DNA from: Laetmonice hystrix | Lineage: Eukaryota | NCBI GenBank assembly: GCA_965235115.1 | Contig: OZ249441.1 | Location: 15,066,001-15,130,000 of the forward strand | DNA length: 64,000 nucleotides | Reading direction: 5' to 3' | Part shown: positions 60,401 through 64,000 of the stretch, in pieces | Numbering within the stretch: position 1 is the stretch's first letter | Layout of the letters: each line of letters starts with the position of its first letter | Program-made: the position numbers and the translations under genes | The notes under the pieces: model-generated | The model's database searches: none | What the model was told of the DNA's origin: nothing | Seen by the model: the letters and a program-made list of their open reading frames with translations, nothing else

Positions 60401-63280
60401 AAACGCGCTCCTAATGAGTCTCGGATGGACATGTCTCTGCCCAAACACCACAAGTAGAGAGTATGGTAGGAAAAAAAATAGACTGGCATGTCCAACCGTT
60501 AAGTAAAAGTACCAAGCAACACACATTATGTAGACGTAGAAACACCAGAACCCCTTGGCAAACAAACCAAGATGTACAAAGTCACCAGTTCATAACCTAA
60601 TAGGATGGTGGGTAACCGACTCCATAAACGTATGGCCAGGGTTGATTCCATAATGTGGAGCTGATGGTGGCCGACTTCTCAAAATGGAGATCAGTCTTTG
60701 ATAACCGTGCGGTTCGTGCAGTCTGGAAACGGCATCGGCTACTACATTTTCTACACCAGGGAAATAGACTGCCTTCATTTTGAAATTAAACTTAGCGGAC
60801 AACCAGAAAATTCTCCGTAATGACTTCATTAAGAAGGGGTCTTTGCAGCTACCTTTGTTCAAGATTCCGACGGCCGCTTGGTTGTCGCAGTAGACAAAAA
60901 CACGATGATTTGCCCACTGTTTTGCCCACTGAGTGGCGGCAGTCTCCACCGCCAGAGTTTCTTTGAAATTAATGTGTAGACCTGAAGCGCCAGTCCAGCT
61001 TTTGAAAGGGGTATACACATAGTCTCTCCCGAACACCGCCCCCGCAGCGACCGGACAGGCATCTGTCCATACTGGTACTACTGGTCGATTGTCCATCATC
61101 GGGGTACATCCATTAAAGACATCCAGAAACTCAATCCACCAGTCGATGTCTTCGCGCATGGCTTGTGTGACGCGCGCACGGTGCCAAGGTGACTTCAATT
61201 GCGATATGGGATCGATCAGTCTCCGGATGAAAGTTCTGCCACCTTGTATGCACTGGCAGGCCCAGTTTAGTTTACCAACCAGTGACTGTAGATCACGCTT
61301 TTTGATCTTAGATTTTTGCCGAACGTGGCGCAAGAGTTGTCTAATGTCCTTGCATTTCTCCGCAGGCAGCTCCAGGGTCATAACAACAGTATTCAGCATA
61401 ATTCCCAGAAAAGTGAGCTTCTGACTTGGGCCGGCAACTTTGTTGTAGTTTATGCTAAACCCAAGTTTGCGTAATGTCCTAATCAGCTCATTTAGCGCTC
61501 TCCTGCACTCCTCTTTTGTGTCCGCTATGATTAGAAAATCGTCCAAATACACTATGATGGAAGGGTAGCCTTTCCTGGCCATAATCCGCCTGACTGCCTG
61601 GCCCAGTTCGTGGAATATCTCTGGCGACCGCCTGGCACCGAAGGGCAAACGTTTGTCTACCAGGTAAGTAGGTGCATTGTCGCCAGTAAATATCCACTTT
61701 AGGCCAGTGGCAGCATAATTTGAAGGATGGACCAAGACTGACCTGTAAGCGTTGGATAGGTCTACCTTTGCCAGATATGCGCCTTGTGGCATGACATCCA
61801 CAGCATCCTGAATTGACATATATTGGAACTTGTTGTGCCACGCGAAGGTATTGAGGGACGAGCCTACCGGTCTGCTGCAGTCATGTATGAGGCGCACACG
61901 CCCATCCTTCTTGGGAATGGCACCCAGCGCTGATACGATTGGGGGTGCTTCCGATACGGTAGCATATCTGCCATGGACGAGCTCCTCCAATATCTGGGCC
62001 TCCACCTTGTCCGTATGCCGCGCGCACGTGGCTGACCTGTAGTTGGGGATCTCCACGCGTTCGCCGATGGCTTTTGGGTCGGTGATGTGGAAGCCATGTC
62101 TGATCCCCTCCAACAGGTAGCCACGCTTGGGGTCGTCGTCTTGCAGTTCTTCCTCCCATGCTGCATATATCAGGGCCCCACTTACACCAGTTTGTAGCGG
62201 GACCCTGCTCCGTTTTTTGTCCTCCTATTGTGGCAAACGCCAGACTGCTGGATACCTGCACTGCTTGGCTCCGGGGATGTACCTCTGCCATTTTCGGTTG
62301 ACCCTGGGAAAGGTTTTTCCCTGCGCCTGAATCTTGTGTGCACGTATTTGCATTTCCTTCCATAAGGGCAATACTTTCCCGAACTGCTTAGCCATTCGCG
62401 ACATCTCGGAGGGGCTAGGCACATCTTGAAGTCCAGATACAGCTGTGCACTCGCTAATCCATAGTTCAACAGTTCAACACCTTAGATAAAATTAATCCAT
62501 AATCCAGTTTTTGGCAAACATCCTGCTTTGCACCGACACCTCATGACTCCTAGTACGGAACTTTCATGTCAAGAACGACAACTTTTACACATACCACTGC
62601 TCAGATAAAAGGTTCCACTGCCAAAAAGTTCAACTGCTCCGTACGAGCGCATGGAAGAAACTGATGCCTGGTATTAGTTTCACTGCATCTTTACATATCC
62701 CTCGTTAGTCACCGCTCTGAAGCTGTCCACACTGGTTTATTGTATATGCATCAAAGGCCAACTGACCCGTTATTATGTAATCACATATGCCCAACGACTT
62801 CAACCTCCTAAACCCCGGAACGGTCGGGATTAATTACCACGCATGCTGGGTGACGTGGATTTAAACTAAGATAAACTCCTTTTATCTCCCCCACAAGTAG
62901 CCGTGCAGCAGAGCATTTTAGCTGTGCCGCAGCAGAAAACATCCGTGCCGCACCACATTTTTGATGTGTCGCGCCACAAAGTACGGGTGGAGTACATCAG
63001 CTTGCCGTGCAGCAAGGCATTTTGGTACTGTGCAGCACACTTTGTAGTTTTGGGCCACCGTAGTACGGAGTACATCAGCTTGCCGTGCAGCAAGGCATTT
63101 TGGTACTGTGCAGCACACTTTGTAGTTTTGGGCCACCGTATTAATGTAATATAGTAACATGTTCAATACGTGTTGTACGTTCAGCGGCAGCCAGACCGGC
63201 CGATCAGCTCACAGTCATCCTGGCAGTCATCTTTGCCATGGTCTTCATCGTGGCTTTTGTCTTCATCTGCATCATCCTAG
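2651..63280 (+). CDS. ROS1: ROS1/sevenless-family receptor tyrosine kinase, ectodomain plus TM, 32 exons reconstructed (partial gene)
   Basis: Exons with GT-AG boundaries and chained phases sum to 5719 nt. Domain order is four CxxxC pairs, FN3, FN3, YWTD propeller, FN3, propeller, FN3s, propeller, FN3s, TM. Motifs such as GRGAWQGWEYEVK, VRAFTEGGTGPWSEP, DPGGGFMYWSTLDTVEVARLDG and LALDPDRRALYWLV match my recollection of ROS1 (no database search run). Confidence 0.9.
2718..3577. repeat. 31-bp minisatellite (with 40-bp variant)
   Basis: Unit ctagctcaggaacagttggactattaaatta; starts 16 nt after the 2701 donor. Confidence 0.95.
2792..3013. mobile_element. MITE (Harbinger-like) inserted in a minisatellite
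   Basis: ~32-bp TIR ctgggcccggtttttt(g)gtttacttttccacc; internal tgagca/tgctca motifs; ctg/cag ends could be a CWG TSD. Confidence 0.7.
4937..6228. mobile_element. Kolobok-like MITE (TTAA TSD)
   Basis: ttaa|aggggcat…atgcccct|ttaa, imperfect ~14-bp TIR starting AG. Confidence 0.7.
5194..5973. mobile_element. Transib-like MITE, 780 bp with 236-bp TIRs
   Basis: Termini CACTGTG…CACAGTG, 5-bp TSD actaa (5189-93, 5974-78), TIRs 5194-5429 and 5738-5973 with ~3 mismatches. Confidence 0.8.
7234..7293 (-). other. Candidate 60-nt exon of a nested antisense transcript
   Basis: cctcctacag|gctctg…accac|gtgagc on the minus strand. Confidence 0.5.
7283..8569. repeat. G-rich ~29-36-bp minisatellite, ~40 copies
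   Basis: Unit ggtctcccagagcctgtaggagggggacggggg. Confidence 0.95.
8665..10228. repeat. 47-bp minisatellite, ~34 copies
   Basis: Unit ggttatccctgaagccggcctgtctgacagttcccgatgagatgcta. Confidence 0.95.
10211..10332 (-). other. Candidate 122-nt exon of a nested antisense transcript
   Basis: tttttactccag|gggtc…ctgtcag|gtaggc on the minus strand; all three frames contain a stop. Confidence 0.5.
12344..13099. repeat. 47-bp minisatellite, ~16 copies
   Basis: Unit gggatgaacatgacataacctatctggccctgtcatacacacattat. Confidence 0.95.
17358..18737. repeat. Composite minisatellite of 54-bp and 57-bp units
   Basis: Both units share gtacctgcgccatgactgaggctcta; the two types occur in alternating blocks. Confidence 0.95.
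20400..21297. repeat. 45-bp minisatellite, ~20 copies
   Basis: Unit gtaattcagaatgaatatgtcagggggtgcagtccctctgatggt. Confidence 0.95.
21813..22018. mobile_element. PIF/Harbinger-like MITE, 206 bp
   Basis: taa|tggccctgtcacacc…ggtgtgacagggcca|taa, 15-bp TIR with TAA TSD. Confidence 0.75.
24451..24593. repeat. 36-bp tandem repeat, 4 copies
   Basis: Unit gggagctgtgaactggtggtctgcaggccagccaaa. Confidence 0.95.
26313..26598. repeat. 42-bp tandem repeat, ~7 copies
   Basis: Unit gtctcagcgacacggtgagactttgacacgttgctatcgtta. Confidence 0.95.
27361..27422. repeat. (TA)n microsatellite
   Basis: ~30 TA units. Confidence 0.97.
27943..28002 (+). CDS. ROS1: ROS1-like exon (CVNGCKLWRVALDQTCVASC)
   Basis: ttttcag|...tgc|gtaagt, 60 nt, phase 0-0, two CxxxC pairs. 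Confidence 0.85.
31309..31344 (+). CDS. ROS1: ROS1-like micro-exon (NNASNGDAQDSE)
   Basis: tcttgtag|...gag|gtaaac, 36 nt, phase 0-0, plausible linker between Cys pairs. Confidence 0.7.
31729..31789 (+). CDS. ROS1: ROS1-like exon (VPMCMFGCRKAVEVYVQNIA)
   Basis: tttcag|...cag|gtcagt, phase 0-1, CMFGC pair. Confidence 0.85.
34198..34415 (+). CDS. ROS1: ROS1-like exon, FN3 (…VELQWQE…NLHPFTSYR)
   Basis: ttgcag|...aga|gtaagt, phase 1-0, FN3 signature LHPFTxY. Confidence 0.92.
35597..35899 (+). repeat. 60-62-bp tandem repeat containing the ROS1 acceptor, 5 copies
   Basis: AG acceptors give exon starts at 35625, 35685, 35747, 35807 and 35867. Confidence 0.95.
35867..35948 (+). CDS. ROS1: ROS1-like exon (FRVVVGISNVQQLQSKPSHPIVTKPSG)
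   Basis: tttcag|...g|gtaagg, phase 0-1; acceptor is the last copy of a tandem array. Confidence 0.88.
36313..36636 (+). CDS. ROS1: ROS1-like exon, FN3 (VPSGAP…LKPGTEYSISVAARNRFGLGP)
   Basis: cctcag|...a|gtgagt, phase 1-1. Confidence 0.92.
37051..37167 (+). CDS. ROS1: ROS1-like exon (…AYLILGANHSVRKQD…GNIN)
   Basis: gcctag|...g|gtagga, phase 1-1; alternative in-frame acceptor at 37057. Confidence 0.85.
38014..38494. repeat. 44-bp minisatellite, ~11 copies
   Basis: Unit ggaatcgcagttggagttagcgttgaatgaactaaagatttact. Confidence 0.95.
38770..39453. repeat. 32-bp minisatellite, ~21 apparently identical copies
   Basis: Unit tgattgatcacctctgtgaatcccgagcgacc. Confidence 0.97.
41040..41227 (+). CDS. 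ROS1: ROS1-like exon, propeller (LAIHYYKRYIFVSD…SVDWLHDNLYIAE)
   Basis: tgacag|...aag|gtcagc, phase 1-0. Confidence 0.92.
41433..41527 (+). CDS. ROS1: ROS1-like exon (IVRCSLDG…ITADPYNG)
   Basis: atgcag|...gg|gtaagt, phase 0-2. Confidence 0.9.
41491..41733 (+). repeat. 60-bp tandem repeat containing the ROS1 donor, 4 copies
   Basis: aatgg|gtaagt with GT at 41528, 41588, 41648 and 41708. Confidence 0.95.
41877..42307 (+). CDS. ROS1: ROS1-like exon, propeller (YLYWVHEG…FYWTNG…QPIP)
   Basis: ggacag|...g|gtgcgg, phase 2-1, YWTD-type motifs. Confidence 0.93.
42476..42562 (+). CDS. ROS1: ROS1-like exon, FN3 start (VPLQKPQRL…LWWEAP)
   Basis: ttccag|...g|gtgagc, phase 1-1. Confidence 0.9.
42838..43044 (+). 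CDS. ROS1: ROS1-like exon, FN3 (GRGAWQGWEYEVK…GPWSEP)
   Basis: ttacag|...g|gtgaga, phase 1-1. Confidence 0.93.
43426..43542 (+). CDS. ROS1: ROS1-like exon (DKVEPHLVYTT…)
   Basis: ttgtag|...c|gtaagg, phase 1-1. Confidence 0.88.
44007..44173 (+). CDS. ROS1: ROS1-like exon, propeller (…VAYDWPARKLFWSN…)
   Basis: ttgtag|...cag|gtgaga, phase 1-0. Confidence 0.9.
44487..44836 (+). CDS. ROS1: ROS1-like exon, propeller (ILRSRLNG…DPGGGFMYWST…LYWLV)
   Basis: gagcag|...gt|gtgagt, phase 0-2. Confidence 0.93.
45095..45279 (+). CDS. ROS1: ROS1-like exon (KHGLQYYSNRLFWMN…)
   Basis: tttcag|...g|gtgagt, phase 2-1; missed by the ORF track. Confidence 0.9.
46854..47101 (+). CDS. ROS1: ROS1-like exon, FN3 (…PEPVDCSRIEVSGRWDSFRLSW…)
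   Basis: gcctag|...cca|gtaagt, phase 1-0; alternative in-frame acceptor at 46890. Confidence 0.85.
48348..48687. repeat. 28-bp minisatellite, ~12 copies
   Basis: Unit gatgtttagtagcgatcacggttttgat; followed by (gatatcat)n at ~48765-48848. Confidence 0.93.
48928..49066 (+). CDS. ROS1: ROS1-like exon (…LRPYSRLGVSIRSCTSWGCS…)
   Basis: gtccag|...g|gtgagt, phase 0-1. Confidence 0.9.
49769..50013 (+). CDS. ROS1: ROS1-like exon, FN3 (APSVPENP…WSPSAHPNG…YKFK)
   Basis: tcgcag|...aag|gtgcgt, phase 1-0. Confidence 0.92.
50280..50537 (+). CDS. ROS1: ROS1-like exon (VSACTSVGCS…LYWIDR…)
   Basis: gtgcag|...acg|gtacgt, phase 0-0. Confidence 0.92.
50737..50930 (+). CDS. ROS1: ROS1-like exon, propeller (…SVDWVGRALYWME…HPYH)
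   Basis: ctgcag|...ag|gtaact, phase 0-2. Confidence 0.92.
50983..51475. repeat. 22-bp minisatellite filling most of an intron
   Basis: Unit tgactgtctcagggtcctgctc. Confidence 0.95.
51529..51833 (+). CDS. ROS1: ROS1-like exon (TLFWSE…GRRRRASPTCRC…GCDC…)
   Basis: tttcag|...g|gtgagt, phase 2-1. Confidence 0.92.
53066..53254 (+). CDS. ROS1: ROS1-like exon (GLPPDSIAVD…LYW…LQPMP)
   Basis: gtgtag|...g|gtaggt, phase 1-1. Confidence 0.92.
53237..54538 (+). repeat. ~41-47-bp minisatellite containing the ROS1 donor, ~30 copies
   Basis: Unit acctgcagccaatgccag|gtaggtcatgacagacatataactc. Confidence 0.95.
54646..54863 (+). CDS. ROS1: ROS1-like exon (DPACLLP…CSNISLP…)
   Basis: tcctag|...aag|gtcagt, phase 1-0; missed by the ORF track. 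Confidence 0.92.
54866..55136. mobile_element. 271-bp MITE inserted within a splice donor
   Basis: 12-bp TIR cagtggcgtatc/gatacgccactg, flanked by direct repeat aaggt (54861-65, 55137-41). Confidence 0.82.
55262..55409 (+). CDS. ROS1: ROS1-like exon, FN3 (…LKPFQKYFVEVTAEN…TAPG)
   Basis: cttcag|...g|gtacgt, phase 0-1. Confidence 0.92.
55652..55890 (+). CDS. ROS1: ROS1-like exon, FN3 (VPSAPRNV…WAEPAQPNG…YYFK)
   Basis: cttcag|...aag|gtgatc, phase 1-0. Confidence 0.92.
56263..56445 (+). CDS. ROS1: ROS1-like exon (VVAYFSE…ITVAWQAP…)
   Basis: atacag|...aag|gtatgt, phase 0-0. Confidence 0.9.
56874..57054 (+). CDS. ROS1: ROS1-like exon, FN3 (…NLTADTSYDF…FITT)
   Basis: tgtcag|...g|gtacga, phase 0-1. 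Confidence 0.9.
57362..57485 (+). CDS. ROS1: ROS1-like exon, FN3 (AGYPGQPESP…WTPPDDGGLPIDLY)
   Basis: ttacag|...ag|gtgaga, phase 1-2; missed by the ORF track. Confidence 0.92.
57754..57929 (+). CDS. ROS1: ROS1-like exon, last FN3 (…YVFRVEAHNSMGWG…)
   Basis: catcag|...a|gtaagt, phase 2-1. Confidence 0.92.
58501..58792. repeat. Foldback with 71-bp inverted arms containing telomere-like ggttaggtttagggttag
   Basis: 58501-58571 is the reverse complement of 58722-58792 with 3 mismatches; short cattggtccgacagcc repeats lie inside. Confidence 0.8.
58914..59536 (-). repeat. Split direct repeat B2 (623 bp)
   Basis: Copy of 59821-60443; gives the duplicated 76-aa ORFs in the track. Confidence 0.95.
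59553..59820 (-). repeat. Split direct repeat A2 (268 bp)
   Basis: Copy of 62624-62891, offset 3071. Confidence 0.95.
59821..60443 (-). repeat. Split direct repeat B1 (623 bp)
   Basis: Copy of 58914-59536, offset 907, one mismatch seen. Confidence 0.95.
60590..62224 (-). CDS. Reverse transcriptase-RNase H (pol) of the Ngaro-like element
   Basis: Open frame without stops. RT motifs KVDLSNAY, LPFGARRSP, YLDDF; RNase H motifs WTDAC, HINFKE, YCDN, NVVADAVSR. No ATG near the 5' end. Confidence 0.93.
   Translation of the reverse strand, partial: EDKKRSRVPLQTGVSGALIYAAWEEELQDDDPKRGYLLEGIRHGFHITDPKAIGERVEIPNYRSATCARHTDKVEAQILEELVHGRYATVSEAPPIVSALGAIPKKDGRVRLIHDCSRPVGSSLNTFAWHNKFQYMSIQDAVDVMPQGAYLAKVDLSNAYRSVLVHPSNYAATGLKWIFTGDNAPTYLVDKRLPFGARRSPEIFHELGQAVRRIMARKGYPSIIVYLDDFLIIADTKEECRRALNELIRTLRKLGFSINYNKVAGPSQKLTFLGIMLNTVVMTLELPAEKCKDIRQLLRHVRQKSKIKKRDLQSLVGKLNWACQCIQGGRTFIRRLIDPISQLKSPWHRARVTQAMREDIDWWIEFLDVFNGCTPMMDNRPVVPVWTDACPVAAGAVFGRDYVYTPFKSWTGASGLHINFKETLAVETAATQWAKQWANHRVFVYCDNQAAVGILNKGSCKDPFLMKSLRRIFWLSAKFNFKMKAVYFPGVENVVADAVSRLHEPHGYQRLISILRSRPPSAPHYGINPGHTFMESVTHHPIRL
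62171..62218 (-). promoter_or_regulatory. Candidate -1 ribosomal frameshift signal (A AAA AAC plus stem-loop)
   Basis: Heptamer at 62218-62212 is in the correct ORF1 frame, a -1 shift enters the pol frame, and a hairpin at 62207-62171 begins 4 nt downstream. Confidence 0.7.
62182..62424 (-). CDS. 80-aa ORF1 with CCCH zinc finger (CREWLSSSGKYCPYGRKCKYVH), gag-like remnant
   Basis: ATG at 62424, C-x10-C-x5-C-x3-H spacing, overlaps the pol frame by ~40 nt. Confidence 0.7.
   Translation of the reverse strand: MCLAPPRCREWLSSSGKYCPYGRKCKYVHTRFRRREKPFPGSTENGRGTSPEPSSAGIQQSGVCHNRRTKNGAGSRYKLV
62624..62891 (-). repeat. Split direct repeat A1 (268 bp)
   Basis: Matches 59553-59820 with no difference that I could see. 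Confidence 0.95.
63185..63280 (+). CDS. ROS1: ROS1-like transmembrane exon (TAARPADQLTVILAVIFAMVFIVAFVFICIIL)
   Basis: gttcag|...g|gtgagt, phase 1-1, ~23 hydrophobic residues. Confidence 0.9.
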   Translation, partial: RQPDRPISSQSSWQSSLPWSSSWLLSSSASS

Positions 63281-63335
63281 GTGAGTGGACAAAGAGTCAC
63301 CAAACTAGTATGCAGAACCTAGAGATATCAAGTAT

Positions 63336-64000
63336 CTAGGTTTCTGTCAGTATACTTGATATCCCAACAGATATAGAACCTAGCTGAGTGAAAGCCAGGG
63401 CTAGGTTTCTGTCAGTGTACTTGATATCTCAACAGATATAGAACCTAGCTGAGTGAAAGCCAGGACTAGGTTTCTGTCAGTATACTTGATATCTCAACAG
63501 ATATAGAACCTAGCTGAGTGAAAGCCAGGGCTAGGTTTCTGTCAGTATACTTGATATCCCAACAGATATAGAACCTAGCTGAGTGAAAGCCAGGGCTAGG
63601 TTTCTGTCAGCATACTTGATATCTCAACAGATATAGAACCTAGCTGAGTGAAAGCCAGGGCTAGGTTTCTGTCAGTATACTTGATATCCCAACAGATATA
63701 GAACCTAGCTGAGTGAAAGCCAGGGCTAGGTTTCTGTCAGTGTACTTGATATCTCAACAGATATAGAACCTAGCTGAGTGAAAGCCAGGGCTAGGTTTCT
63801 GTCAGTATACTTAATATCTCAACAGATATAGAACCTAGCTGAGTGAAAGCCAGGGCTAGGTTTCTGTCAGTATACTTGATATCTCAAGAGACATAGAACC
63901 TAGCTGAGTGAAAGCCACGGCTAGGTTTCTGTCAGTATACTTGATATCTCAACAGATATAGAACCTAGCTGAGTGAAAGCCAGGGCTAGGTTTCTGTCAG
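63336..64000. repeat. 65-bp minisatellite with internal inverted repeat (runs off the window)
   Basis: Unit ctaggtttctgtcagtatacttgatatcccaacagatatagaacctagctgagtgaaagccaggg. Confidence 0.95.

Larger units (their letters stand above)
58914..62891 (-). mobile_element. Ngaro-like (DIRS-order) retroelement with split direct repeats, lacking tyrosine recombinase
   Basis: Minus-strand order A1(62891-62624), ORF1, RT/RH, B1(60443-59821), A2(59820-59553), 16-bp spacer, B2(59536-58914). RT and RH are of DIRS type, with no MT or YR domain visible. Confidence 0.9.
58249..63138. mobile_element. Tc1/mariner-like non-autonomous DNA transposon hosting the Ngaro-like element
   Basis: 33-bp TIR cggtggcccaaaactacaaagt(c/g)tgctgcacag flanked by TA on both sides; the right end is tandemly duplicated (ends at 63060 and 63138). 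Confidence 0.65.

Overview
Eukaryotic (invertebrate, probably lophotrochozoan) genomic DNA. Nearly the whole window is one + strand gene, a ROS1/sevenless-type receptor tyrosine kinase. I reconstructed 32 GT-AG exons with mutually consistent phases (5719 nt, ~1906 aa) from the Cys-rich N-terminus through FN3 and YWTD-propeller modules to the transmembrane exon. The signal peptide and kinase domain were not found in the window and presumably lie outside it. The introns are packed with 22-65 bp minisatellites and nested non-autonomous DNA transposons (Kolobok-, Transib-, Harbinger- and Tc1/mariner-like). Main observations: (1) a young 3978-bp Ngaro-like retroelement with A1-B1-A2-B2 split direct repeats, intact RT/RNase H, only an 80-aa CCCH-finger ORF1 and no tyrosine recombinase, whose two ORFs are joined by a canonical -1 frameshift signal (A AAA AAC plus hairpin); (2) several minisatellites are amplified splice sites, and two of them outline a cryptic antisense intron (7294-10210) built almost entirely from donor- and acceptor-derived arrays; (3) a MITE inserted inside a splice donor and rebuilt it with its own terminus.
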